Shown piece by piece: positions 38,938 to 51,356 of a DNA stretch of 64,000 nt. Source of the stretch: Mobula hypostoma (Eukaryota); NCBI RefSeq assembly GCF_963921235.1, contig NC_086097.1, positions 221,094,001 through 221,158,000 of the forward strand. The letters run 5' to 3'. Below the pieces are notes generated by a model that saw nothing but the letters and a program-made list of their open reading frames with translations, did no database searches and had not been told where the DNA came from. A program made the translations under genes and the position numbers. Every line of letters starts with the position of its first letter. The first letter of the stretch is position 1.

Positions 38938-40164
38938 CCCCACTTGGGATTAAAGAGCAGAAAAAAGGGTGGTAATTTCAGATTCTATGTTGGGACACAG
39001 GATGTTATGGTGACAGCTCAGATGTGCAGGTGTTAACCTGTGACCTACATTTCCCAAACACTCCTGCCAGTTCCCATTGCTCGATCTCTATGGCTTCTTC
39101 CCCACAGAGCACAGCTCTCTGACGTTACAGACACCACTGATGATCAAGCTTTTCAAGCACAAAGTGATTTAAGTGATATTGCGCCTGTCTCAGGTAAAAT
39201 CAGGCTGCTAGCCTGGTTGCTAGTCGCTCTCCTTGAATACAAATACTGCGAATTATTGCACTTGATCCATCAATTCCTTTTCAGGAAGAGGAAAACTTTA
39301 ATTATAAGACACACAATGAGTCTTCACAGAGTCATGCTCACCGGGGTAAATTAAACTGCTGCTGCTCTCCCTAAGGTCAGCAGTTTTAAGGACCTGAATG
39401 ATCTGAGAATGAGGAGTTAGTCTGTGAATGGTTTGCATTACATTGGTTAATAGTGCATACAGAGAAACATATTGGCATGATAATAACTATTAATGCTCAC
39501 CAGAATAAAATTATTAAAATAATTAAAGCAAAGAAGCAAGATTTCAAGGCAGCAACATGGAGTAATTCAATGCAATCCATCAGCCCATCAGAATGGAGGA
39601 TAGGTTCTGTAGGGATATCAGGTTTTGATGATTCCAGTGAGTACCTATATCCGGAAGTGAAGAAGAGCCCTACTTTTACTGCATGAAAGAAAGGAATATG
39701 AGGGCAAGGGTGAGATGATTGGGCATGATGGAAGAATAGACGTGTAAGATGAGAGATTAGAATGTGCTTTTTCCTTTCCTCAAATCCCCCACCCTGCTTT
39801 ACCAAGAGTTATTGGAGGAGGCACAGCTCGTGAAAAAGTAATGAACAGCCAAAAAAAAAATCAAATTGTGCAGTGAAGGGAGCCCTCTTATGACAGAGAT
39901 GAAGACAACCTTCTTCCCACAGAAGGTCTTTGGAAGTCTCTACTCCCAAAGAGCAGTGTGGCATGGTATTATCTGTAAGGTCCTCCTCAGCTATTGAATG
40001 CCGATTTTATGGACAGTCTGCTTATGAAAGAGTATTGGGGAGTTCATCAGGAGGGCTTTGCCAGCTGCTGCAGGGATACAGGTATCTTCTGCCATGTGGG
40101 AAGTCAGCTTGTGGCTACGCTTCTGACTTGGAAGCTGTCCAGGTTATGAAAATTTCTTAGGAAT

Positions 40165-40680
40165 GGAAGCTTGCCATAACTTGGAAAAAGCTACAGAAAT
40201 TGGTGGCCAAGGCTAGTCCATCCTAGACAAAGCCCTCTCCACCATTGAATATATTTACATGGGGTGTTGCCAAAACCCCCACTGTCTAGCTCATTCCCTC
40301 TTCTCACTGCTACCACTGGGCAGGAAATACAGAAGCCTAAGGTGTCACACCACCAGGTTCAAAAACCATAATTACCCTACAACCATCTGGTTCCTGAGTC
40401 AACGTGGGTAACTTCATTCACTACTAATCTGAACCGATTCTATGACTACAGACTCATTTTCAAGGACTCTTTACAACTCTTATTCTCACTATTATTTTTA
40501 TTTGAACAGTTTATCTTCTTTTGCATTTTGGTTGTTTCACAGTCCTTGTCTGTCTATGTATCAATTTTTGTAAATTCACTTGTATTTTCCCTGTAAATGC
40601 CTGCAAGGAAATGAATCCCGAGGTATTACATATATAGTAACATATATGTACATTGATAATAAATTTGTTTTGAACTTTGA
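40165..40680 (+). mobile_element. Rex1/Babar 3' fragment
   Basis: Homologous to 19260-19845 (..CTCTTCTCACTGCTACCA..GCCTGCAAG..AATAAATTTG..TGAACTTTGA). Confidence 0.7.
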
Positions 40681-40957
40681 GATAAATTTCTGGTCAACAG
40701 TGAGACAAGGCTCATGGCAAGCAAGTAAGAAAATGGGGCTGAAAGGCCAGGATCTTTTAGAACGGTGGACCTGATTCAAAGGGCCCTGTTGCCTACTCCT
40801 GCTCATATGCTCTTATGTAAATAATGTGACAAACCATCATGAGACTGACTGAATCAGATTAGAAAAGCAAAAAAAAAAGTAAGGCAACTACTGGAAATTG
40901 GAAAATATAATGTTGGAATTTCTCAAAAGATCAGAAGTGATGAAAGGCTGCCAAATT

Positions 40958-41506
40958 GGATTTTAACCGCTGCCGCTGCTACTGCGCGATCGAGAATCTC
41001 CGGAGGGGAAGGCCCCAAATCCTCGGCTTTGCCTATTGCCTGTTGCTGGGGCCGGGGTCGAAGCGCTCGGCAGAGATGGTGCTCGGTGCTCGGTGTCGGA
41101 GGGCTGGTCGGAGGCTCGAAGTTTTCGGACGGACTCAAGTGTCGGTTGTGGTCGGGTGCTTCCAGGGTGCTGCATCGGCAAGTTTGCGGCACTGGAAGCT
41201 CATGGCAGGGAGAGTTTTCTTCCTTCAACCATCTGTGTGAGATGTTGGGACTTTCGAGAGACTTTGAGACTTTTTTTTACCGTGCCCATGGTCTGTTCTT
41301 TATCAAATTACGGTATTGCTTTGCACTGTTGTAACTATATGTTATAATTATATGGTTTTTGTCAGTTTTTTTAGTCTTGGTTTGTCTTGTGTTTCTGTGA
41401 TATCATTCTGGAGGAAGATTGTATCATTTCTTAATGTATGCATTACTAAATGACAATAAAAGAGGACTGAGTGTCCTCATAATCTAATCTAATCTGATCT
41501 AATCTA
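40958..41506 (+). mobile_element. CpG-rich non-coding retroposon-like element with a Rex1-like 3' tail
   Basis: Abrupt GC/CpG-rich body, AT-rich 3' part, AAATGACAATAAA signal and (AATCT)n tail. No recognisable protein. Confidence 0.55.
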
Positions 41507-41779
41507 ACCCTGATTCTCTCTCCACTGATGCTGTCCAACCCATTGCATATTTCAATGTGTATTTTCCTGTTTCTATTTTAGAAATGAATTAATTGCTTAT
41601 CTCACACGTCATTTATGTCAGCACTCAAACAACTTGCTAACATTTTATAAATCTCACCTCACGGGGCAACTCATTCAAAAATTTCTGACTCGCACTTAGT
41701 CTGAACAACAGGACAATGTGGTGTAAACTTGATGAAAAAGTTGGTTTCCATGAGGTGCTCTGGATACCTCAGAATTTAT

Positions 41780-42332
41780 GGCATGTAAGGCCTCCATTAA
41801 TCAACGTTATTGATGTGCATCCTGGCTGTCTAGATATACAAGCCAGGGCAGTACGATATGGAAAGCAAGCAATAGCCCATGTAACAAGCTCCTCCTCTCC
41901 ATGCATCTGATGAACCCAAAGGAATGGCGGTGACCAGTACAGGTTGGCATCAGCAGCATTGCAAGAGTTTCCAGTCAGAGTTGAACTCAACGTAGGACTG
42001 TCTTAGGGAGTCCTTCGGGTCTTACAACCAAAGCCTTCCCTGTGAGTGGGTATTTCCGCAAGGCAGAGGAGGTTTGAGATCAGAGTTTCCCTTCTCCTAG
42101 GTGAGTTGCCAACCACAGCTGACGCACCCCATCTCTCAAAGTGACTGGTTTTGAGGCACTAGTAATCTGTTTTTGACCCTTCCCCTGTCAGTAGAAATAA
42201 TTCTGCTGGGCTTAGTAGTTAAGCCAGGAGCTGCACTTGGTTGTCGGAGGCTACTTGAGCTGCACGTCACTGGGGGCATTTAACGGGTAATGGGAGCTTA
42301 TCCACAATACTAACCCTGGCTGTAACAACCTT
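41780..42332 (-). mobile_element. RTE-related non-coding element (5'-UTR-like)
   Basis: Minus strand contains GGTTGGCAACTCACCTAGGAGAAGGGAAACTCTGATCTCAAACC, resembling a motif typical of RTE-clade 5' UTRs. Confidence 0.45.
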
Positions 42333-44679
42333 AACGAATCAACCTTGCAAGTTGTGGGAATTTGATTGGAACAGACAAAGACTGAAAATCTCCAGTTACA
42401 TTCTCAAATCCATTGTTATTCTTCTTAAAGGCCAAGGAATTAGACCCCTTGATGTCTGTTCTGGATTGACAACAACTTATCATCATACCGCAATTTTTCT
42501 TCTTTGTCATTTTTGAATTATAACTTTGTTTTGTCTTGTACATCTACCCCTATGCCCCTGTGGAAGGAGCTCTCAAATGAGGCTTTGTATGATATTAATC
42601 AGAGATGCCAGAAATGTTTCAAAATAAATCCACAAAATTCTATTAAAATCAATGAATTGCAGCCCTGAATGATCACATTTAGTACAGAAAGAACCATTTT
42701 AGGTCGCTCACAGCAAATGACCACCCATATTTTGAGAACTTCAAAGAATTTGAGAAGCTGTCAGACTTCAGCGAGAGCACGCCATGTTAGTCGTTGTACA
42801 CAATAAAGTCTTTGTGTACTATCTCCAAAGTCTACCTAACGCTACCCAGTTCAAAGATCAATTGTTCCTCTTCCTATCCTTTCAGAAAAAGTTTGCTGAA
42901 GTTATTTACGCACATAAATAACTATTTATTAAGACATTTGGGTAATTTTAAAATAATAATAAAAACACTTATGCTTGGTTTTCCCTCAAAATTCTAGTCA
43001 TGCTCTAATTAGCTCAATATATTAAATGTGATATGCACTTACGCATATGCTCATTTTCATGTCAGCATTTATCCCCCCCTTTATTTTCAAAGTGTAAAAT
43101 AAAACTGTAAATCTTTCCCATTTGTCCATGTGGCTGAAACATGATGTTAATAGACATGTCAAAAATGCTAATAAATAAAATCAAAGCTCACCAAACTGAC
43201 AATGACAATGAAAGGTGATAACTCAGTTGGAAAGCAGAACAGTTTTATTTTGTAGTTTCACCTGTACTCTGGACTTACTTCATATAGCTGAGAAAATATC
43301 ACCGATCACTTGTTATGATAGGGTCATTTTTTTAGTCAAATAGAGTCATAGTCACAGATAATACATGCAGCAAAGCTATTAATTGAAAGTTCAAGAAAGT
43401 GATAAAAAGGGACAACTTATTCAAAACATATGTGATTCTGCAGCTACAGATTTTCACACACACAGACATTATGTATTTTATAAATACATAATCCTCCTAT
43501 GGGTAAATCAAGAAGTAATAATGTTCTGTAAGATTTCTCAGTTTTGCATTGAATTTTATGTCTGTTGATTATTGCACAGACACATTTGACTATATCAAAG
43601 CAATCCTTATGTTTTGTTCTTTGCTTTTGAAAGCTAAATTGATTTTTCTAGCATTATTGTATAAAATTTTAAATAATGATGTTTAATAAAAAGCTATTAA
43701 TCATGTCTTTTAACATGACTGAGGACAAAAAAAATGCATGATTGGATAATATTTGCAGATTCTATTTAACTCGCAAATTTGGCTGAAAATAAGATTTCAA
43801 ATCAAAATAAAGCCAAAAGCAACTAGGGATTACCCCTCGAATCGCTGTTGTTTACAGATTGCTTGAAAAGGTCACTCAGTGATTAATGAGCAATGACAAA
43901 ATCATTTTTAATACGTGTATCCAGATCACTAAATCTCTAAAGCATTTATCAAAGCTATTTGTAAAATGATAATTGTTACTGAGAACCTGGTTGCTGACAG
44001 GAGATTTCATTTTGTTCCCTACCCGGTGATAACACTGCATTTACTGCCCTTCGCTCATGGCAATGAGGACTGGTGCCGTCTCATGCAACCACTGTACAAC
44101 CTAAGATTCCTTTATTACAGGCAAGCTTATGAAGTAACCTCAGATTCTGTGCATTTCTAATTATTCACGTAGATTGGACCGGGTAAAAGTTCGACATATG
44201 TGGGGTATTAATGAATCAGTTATAGTTCAACTAGGGTTACAGAGGAGTGTACACTGCCCTGCCCCCATCATGAACGACGAAAGGAGCTGTCTTCTTTTGG
44301 GCTTAGAAGAATGAGTGTTGATCTTAATGGAACATGTAAGATCAGAAGGAGAATTTTAGGATAGGTGTTGAGATGTTTCCACCAGTGGGAGAGTCTGAAA
44401 TAAGAAGACATGATTGCAAGATAAGGAGGTGGTCATTCAAAATGAGAAGTGTAGAAGTTCCTTTTCACAGATGGCAATGAATCTTTGGAATCCTCTATCT
44501 TGGAGGATTGTGAAGAATAGATTATTGGAGGCATTTAACAAGGTGGTCAATAATTTTTTGAAAGATCTGAGACTGAAGGACATGCTGGACAGAAGGGTTG
44601 GGGCCTGGTGCAAATCATTTACAGTCATAGTGAATTGTGGTGGCAAAGACAAGGGACAAGCTTGCCTCCTGCTCCAATC

Positions 44680-45490
44680 AGAACATAGAACAGTACAAGG
44701 CAGGGAAAAGCTCTTTGGTCCACAACGTTGTTCCAAGCTATTTAATTTAGAAATAAAATGCCCAATTAAACTATTCCCTTTGGCCTCCACAATGTTGTGC
44801 CAAGCTACTTAAATTAGAAATAAATAAAATGCCCAATTAAACTATTCCCTTTGGCCTCCACAATGTTCATTACCTTCCATTTCCTGCACATTCCTGTGCC
44901 AGTCTAAGAGACTCCTGAAATGCCTCTGTGGTATTTGCCTCCACCACAACCCCAGGCAGCGCATTCCAGGCACCCACAGCTCTTTGTGCAAAAAACCTTG
45001 CCCTGGAAATCTCCTTTGAACTTATCTCATCTTAAATGCATGCCCTCTAATTTAGACATCTTAACCTTGGGGAAAAGATACTGGCTGTCGACTCTATCCA
45101 TGCCTCTCATAAATATTTATCAGGTCCCTGTTCAGCTTCCTCAGCTCCAGAGAAAACAACCCAAGTTTGTCCAAACTTTCCTTATATCACTGGCCTTCTA
45201 TCACTTCCCTTCGACTCCAGACAGCATCTTAGTAAATCTCTTCTACATCCTCTGCAAAGTCTTGACATCCTTCTTAGAATAGATTGACCAGAAATGAATG
45301 CAATGAATTTCAGCGGTGGCTTAGCAACATTTTTATAAAGTTGCAACATAACTTCCCAATTCTTGAATTAGTTTCCTTGACTAATAAAGACAAGCATGCT
45401 AAGTGCATTCTTTACGACCCTGTCAATCTGTGTAGCCACTTTCAGCGAGCCAAGAACTTAGACCCAAAGATCCTTCTGCACCTCAACACT
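44680..45490 (-). mobile_element. Old CR1 3' fragment with an internal ~70-bp tandem duplication (44720-44867); preceded by an older + strand CR1 remnant (~44290-44675)
   Basis: AGAACATAGAAC tail. AAAATGCCCAATTAAACTATTCCCTTTGGCCTCCACAATGTT occurs twice. Confidence 0.75.
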
Positions 45491-46167
45491 GATACAATGT
45501 GTATAGTCACTCACTTTGTTCACTGGATTTAAAAGCCATCAGAGAATTTGATCCATGAAATGTGACAATGCCATCCTCTTATGATAATCTTACAAGCTTT
45601 ATACTTATACCTACATATTTTCTAGAATTATTGAAAATAGTTTCAGAACAAGGCTTTGAGCAACCCAGCTCTGCAAAAGGAAGTTCAGAATCCTAAATAA
45701 TACCCTATTGAAGTAGCAAGACGTTAAAAGGAAGGTCACAGAGTGGTATCACAGGTGTGCAATAGACGTCTTTGTTTTAGTCTCTTTGTTGCAATGCCAT
45801 TATTTATTGTTGCATCAGACATCTGGAGGGAAATGCCTCCACTTGCAAAGCAGCTACTAAAATGGAATAGGAGCTTCGTAATGACATGTCTCAAATTTCC
45901 AGTAAGTGCACCTGGTGGAAAAATGGAGGTGTACACTGGCAAATCTTCGACTAATGCTGCAAGTAATACAAATGGATGGATGCGAATACCATGGTTTTCA
46001 ACAGAACTTGGATTTAGATCATAGTGCATAACAGTATTGCTAGGTAGATTGATGGAGGTGATCTAAACTCCAATGAGCATTTATGTTACTGATTGTCTGT
46101 GGGTCACTACTGTTAGTGTTGAATGATGTATCTTTAAATGCTTTAGTTATCATCTCTGTTTTTAGCT

Positions 46168-46262
46168 ACGCACACAAAATGCTGGAGAAACTCAGCAGGT
46201 GAGGCAGCATTTATGAAAACGAATAATCAGTCGATGTTTCGGGGCCAAGACCCTTCGTCAGG
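46168..46262 (-). ncRNA. Neptune PLE tail beginning at a hammerhead motif with intact core
   Basis: Minus strand C-CTGACGA-A-GGG TCTTGGC CCC-GAAAC-ATC-GACT. The 5' strand of stem I is lost. Confidence 0.65.
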
Positions 46263-46469
46263 TGGTAAAGAGGGAACAAAATATTTTTAGCTATTTGGTT
46301 CCCTCTTTATCACATGTGATGCTTCTGCAACCAGGAAGAGCCATTGGCCATTTTTAAATTTTTGATTTGGAAAATGAGTCTTCTGTTCATGAGCCTGCTG
46401 CTGAAAAATTCAGTAACACATTATGCCAATGCTCTATGCATATGAGACAGACTGCCATTGAGAGATAGA

Positions 46470-47378
46470 AAGAAAGATTAGCTTTATTTGTCACATGTAC
46501 ACCAAAATATCAAAACATACAGTTGCAACAATGAACAAGATAGTTTGAGGATGTGCTGGGGGCAGCCCAAAAGTGTCGCCATGCTTCTGGCTCCAACATA
46601 GCATGCTTACAACCTACTAACTTTTAATAACTTCAAAGATTCATTTATTATCAAAGTATACAACTCTGAAATACTTCAGTTCTCTGGGTGGCCATGGAAC
46701 CAAGAAAGAAAAGTGAGGCAGCATGATCACCAACCCCCAGATCCTACCTCTCTGTAAAAAAAACAAACAAAATTGGCTTTTACGCTCAGTCTTGCAGCTT
46801 TCCTGCTATGAGATTCATGCAGGCTGCCTCCCAGAATTCTTTCAGAGACTATTAGATCACCCAAACAATCTCCAAACTTCGGCACTTGCCTTGATGCTTT
46901 AATCGCCCTCGTCGCTTTAATTGGTGAACAAAGGAAGCTATAATCGGCAAAATGGGGTCAAACATCGGCTTGCATTCCTTCTTGCCACAAGGTTCACTCG
47001 CGCTGCCTCTGCCTCCGTCTCCCAGAATCCTCTGGGAAACTGCAGAGTGCTGAATCGCCCAAATTATCTCCAAACAGCAAAACACAGGCTCCAAAAGTTT
47101 CAGCATTCAAGACGAGAAACAAACATAAAAAAACATAAAAGAAGTGAAAAAGATGGTTTCAAGATCTATCCAGAAGATGTTGACCAAAGGAGCATTGTAC
47201 GCAGGTGCCATCTTGACCAGCATTTTGTACATCTTCGTGATGTGGAGGAAACTGGAGCATCTGGAGACAACTCACACAGTCACAGGGAGAATGTGCAAAC
47301 TCCATGCAGACAGTGGGAATGGAGTCTGAATCACTGGGGCTGTAAAGCATAATGCTAACGGCAGTGCCACCATGTTCC
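46470..47378 (-). mobile_element. V-SINE split by a non-coding retroelement (about 46630-47218)
   Basis: SINE tail at 46470-46621; V-domain and head at 47235-47378. The insert starts GGTCAAGATGGC (minus strand) and ends AATAAATGAATCTTTGAA. Confidence 0.6.
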
Positions 47379-47436
47379 CCATTGCTCCTGCCAGTGCCAA
47401 ATTACAGTAGATATATTAGATGATTTAGGGGCACAA

Positions 47437-47888
47437 TTGAGAGCATCCTGACTGGCTGCATCATTCCTGGTATGGGAACTGTACTTTCCTCTCTGCAGAG
47501 AGTGGTGCGGACAGCCCAGCGCATCTGTAGATGTGAACTTCCCATGATTCAGGACATTTACAAAGACAGATGTGTAAAAAGGGCCCGAAGGATCATTGGG
47601 GACCAGAGTCACTCCAACCACAAACTGTTCCAGCTGCTACCATCTGGGAAACGGTATCGCAACCTAAAAGCCAGGACCAACAGCTTCTTCCAACAGGCCA
47701 TCAGACTGACTAATTCATGCTGATACAATTGTATTTATGTGTTATATTGACTGTCCTGTTGTACATACTATTTATTACAGATTACTATAAATCGCACAGT
47801 GCATATTTAGATGGAGACGTGACGTAAAGATTGTACCCCTCATGTATGTGAAGGACGTAAGTAATAAAGTAAATTCAATTCAATTCAA
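47437..47888 (+). mobile_element. Rex1/Babar 3' fragment
   Basis: ORF 47472..47723 LQRVVRTAQRI..HKLFQLLPSGKRYR..NSFFQQAIRL. (AATTC)n tail. Confidence 0.85.
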
Positions 47889-48814
47889 TATGTCTGGATC
47901 TAGGATTACGTTTGGGAACAGGAACTTGCCAAGGAGAGAGGCATGGGGTGTGGATATGTGCTTTGGCTGCTATGTAAAAAAGCCAGTGCAAGAATCAGAG
48001 GTGCAAATTAGTCTCGATATTGGTCTGGGTGGAAATTTCATGCTGGGGTCTGCATTTGACAGTTAGGGAAAGCTTCAGTCGTGTGGAGAGGCATTGGGTT
48101 TTCGGGGTGAAGCTGTGCATTTGAAGAGATCCAGGATCAGGTCATTTTGGTAGACTGGTGAGTTGGGGGTAAGAATTGTGTGTTTGGTGATGGCTGTGAC
48201 TGTGATTGTGGGAGAGCAGGTTGGGAGTGGAGTAAGCAAAGGTGGCTAAGTTAGGTTTCCAGCACCACACAAGGACAGACTCAAGGGGTCCTCTGTCTTA
48301 ACACAGTTTTGATATTGAAGCAAAGTTTGCTGATGAAGGAGCCAGTAGGTGAGCAGTAGACGTCACTGGACGTGACTCCCCAGATTTCAGCCATACTCTG
48401 CTAACTAGAATTGAGAACTCAGACTCAGCAGTCTGCGAAAGAGTCTCAATTTTCACAGAAACTCGATAGCATAGAACTTATGAATATGGTGTCACATGAA
48501 TTAATTTCTGGATGTCAGATTGAGTCATTCCTGGGAAAATCCAGTAACAGCAGAAAATGAAAACTTCGGGAAATAAGAACATAAAAAAACACTGAGAAAT
48601 GACAGACGGGAGAAATTGGAGAGGCTCAGCAATAGTACAATGGGACTGAGGTTTAGATTGCAATATGGAGATAAAAGAATGATCTTTTCAAGGGAGCTTT
48701 TGAGTGTGGATCTTGAGTGAAACACTCATTTATTTTTTGTACATTGATAACGCAAGAATTGTACAGGGTCATGGCTAACCTGTTTAGAATCAGAATCAGG
48801 TTTAATATCACTGG

Positions 48815-49266
48815 CCCCACCCAGGACTTGCTCTCTTCTCACTGCTCCAATCAGGAAGAAGGTACTGGAGCCTGAGGCCTCAGACTATCAGGTTCAGGAA
48901 CAGTTTTTACCCCTCAGCCATGAGGCTCTTGAACCAAAGGGGGTAACTCCACTCAACTTCACTTGTCCCATCATTGAAATGTTCCCACAACCTATAGACT
49001 CACTTTCAAAGACTTTTCAACCCATGTTCTCAATATTCATTGCTTATTTATTTATGATTATTATTATTTCTTTTTATTGTAGTTGCACAATTTGTTGTCT
49101 TTTGCACAGTGGTTGAATGCTCAAGTTGGTACAGTCTTTCATTGATTCTGTTCTTTTTATGCTATTATGGATTTATTGAATATGCCTGCAAGTAAATGAA
49201 TCTCAGGGTTGCATATGGTGACATATATGTACCTTGATAATAAATTTACTTTGAACTTTTAACTTT
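48815..49266 (+). mobile_element. Rex1/Babar 3' fragment
   Basis: Homologous to 19410-19845. Tail AATAAATTTACTTTGAACTT. Confidence 0.75.
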
Positions 49267-49382
49267 TATGTACTGATAATCCAGATTGAATCATTGAGGT
49301 GGAACAATGTAACCTTGCAATGCTACAAGGTTTCACTGCTAATGTAATGGTTTCCCTGTAGCAGCAATGTTTGGGTTATGAC

Positions 49383-49496
49383 AGGTATATGGAGGAATTT
49401 AAGGTGGGGGGTTATACGGGAGGCAGGGTTTGAGGGTCGGCACAACATTGTGGGCCGAAGGGTCTGTAATGTGCTGCACTATTCTATGTTCTATGA
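49383..49496 (+). mobile_element. Short CR1 3' tail inserted in the 5' LTR
   Basis: AGGTATATGGAGGAATTTAAGG..TTCTATGTTCTATG; same subfamily as 51583-52068. Confidence 0.85.
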
Positions 49497-49849
49497 TGAG
49501 AGAAAACGGGCTTTGGAATGTGTGGCTATCCAATGAGAAGGACGTTCTTCTTTCTTGTGGCTCTGGGAGTAGGGATTTCACAGTGTTTTGCCGGGGAGAG
49601 ATGACGAGAGAAGATGCGAATGGAGAGAGTTGGTAGACCACTGGACGGAGCAGACTTGGAACAAGGGTCCGAGCTTTGCTCAGAGGAGTTCGACGGGAAA
49701 CCAGTGGATTGAACAGTGAGCTCCAATGTTTCAGGAGAACGGGCCCTTTTCTTTTTTTTTTGTTAATTTACTAACCATATAGTTAAATTAAGAATTACAA
49801 AGCTCAGTCATTTAATCGAAAATTGTATACTGTTTGTTACTTCGTGGTA

Positions 49850-51237
49850 CAGGTGTCTCCCGCTTTTCAAACGTTCGCTTTACGAAACCTCACTGTTACG
49901 AAAGACCTACATTAGTACTCTATTTTTGCTTGCAGAAGGTGTTTTCACTGTTACGAAAAAAAAATTCAGCACGCGATAAAAAATCAGTGCGCGATAAAAG
50001 GCAGCGCGCTCTGAGCAGCCACTCTCCCCCGGATTCTCGCCGGTATTGCTTAAACACGAGCCTGTGAGCAGCTGTTTGCAAGATGAGTTCTATGGTATCG
50101 GAAAAGCCTGAAAGAGCTCGTAAGGGTGTTACACTTACGGTAAAACTAGACATAATTAAGCGTTTTGATCGTGGTGAATGAAGAAAGGACAACGTGAGTT
50201 TGGCCTGTGGAAGTTGACGAAGATGATGTTGAAGAGGTTTTGGTATCCCATCACCAAGAACTGACAGATGAAGAGCTGATGCAATTGGAAGAAAAAAGGA
50301 TAACAATCGAAACCAAATGAGTAATGATAAAGTACGGCTTTAATTTTGAAAAGCTACGTCGGTTTAGGGGATATTTGCAGGATGGTTTGAGTCCTTATTA
50401 AAGAACTGTGTGATAGAAAAATACGCAAGGCTCAGCAGTCAAGCACGCCTTCCACATCAGCCACAGCAGACGACGAACCTCGACCTTCGACATCGAGGTG
50501 GGCAGTCATAGGAGAAGATGAGCTGCCTGCTCTAATGGAAACAGGTGACGAGATGACACCCCAGTGTCCCAGTACCCCAACTCCCAGGCAACGGACAGAT
50601 ACTGATTCGCGGAGAATGCAAAGGTAGCCAGGAGGCACACAGCACATCTTTAAGAAAAAAGCCGAAATAAACGTGCTAATTAATTAGGTGCCGCCAACAC
50701 GTAATTGTCGGCCCAGATCAGAGACGACACAATTGGAAATCGGCACTGATCTGGGCCGACAATTACGGGCGGCGCCTAATTAATTAGCATGTTTGTTTCG
50801 GCTTTTTTCTTAGAGATGTGCTGTGTACCTCCCGGCTACCGCTGGACCCCTGCGTTCTTCGCGGCAATGTATCGCTCAGCGGCCTGGAGGGTGGGGGGCC
50901 ACTGCACCACCCAAACTCTGACGACTCAGTCTAACACACCATCATCAGCGTGCTCGGCGCTGTCCTGATTCCCGTAAGTGATACTACACTGTACATCCAT
51001 TATTTCTACTTTATATCGGCTGTGTATTTTTACGTGTTATTTGGTATGATTTGGCAGCTTCATAGCTTAAAGGTTACTGGAGAGCACTTGCGCGGTTTTT
51101 GCCAACAGCGCTTGTGTGAGATTTTCTGCCGACAGCGCTTGCATGAGATTTTCGCTCCGGAGAACGGTTCAGTAATGATTGTGGAAAAGTATTTCTACTT
51201 TATATAGGCTGTGTATTTATCATATCATTCCTGCTTT
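49850..51237 (+). mobile_element. Internally deleted Tigger/pogo DNA transposon, right end lost
   Basis: Starts TA|CAGGTGTC. Encodes MSSMVSEKPERARKGVTLTVKLDIIKRFDRGE (CENP-B-type HTH start) joined to VDEDDVEEVLVSHHQELTDEELMQLEE (Tigger C-terminal motif). Confidence 0.85.
50623..50840. repeat. Long imperfect palindrome (arms about 95 bp) inside the Tigger
   Basis: GGTAGCC..CAGCACATCTTTAAGAAAAAAGCCGAAA..GTAATTGTCGGCCCAGATCAG pairs with CTGATCTGGGCCGACAATTAC..TTTCGGCTTTTTTCTTAGAGATGTGCTG..GGCTACC. Confidence 0.95.
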
Positions 51238-51356
51238 TTTTGGCCGGGCCGGGGCTATCATCCCCTAGATCAGGGGTCCCCAACCTTTTTTGCACCGCGG
51301 ACCGGTTTAATATTGATAATATTCTTGTGGACTGGTCGACTGGGGGAGTGTTCAAG

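Noticed and set aside
40923..41347. Overlapping ~100-aa ORFs on both strands
   Set aside because: Expected from the high GC content of a non-coding repeat; no domain recognised.
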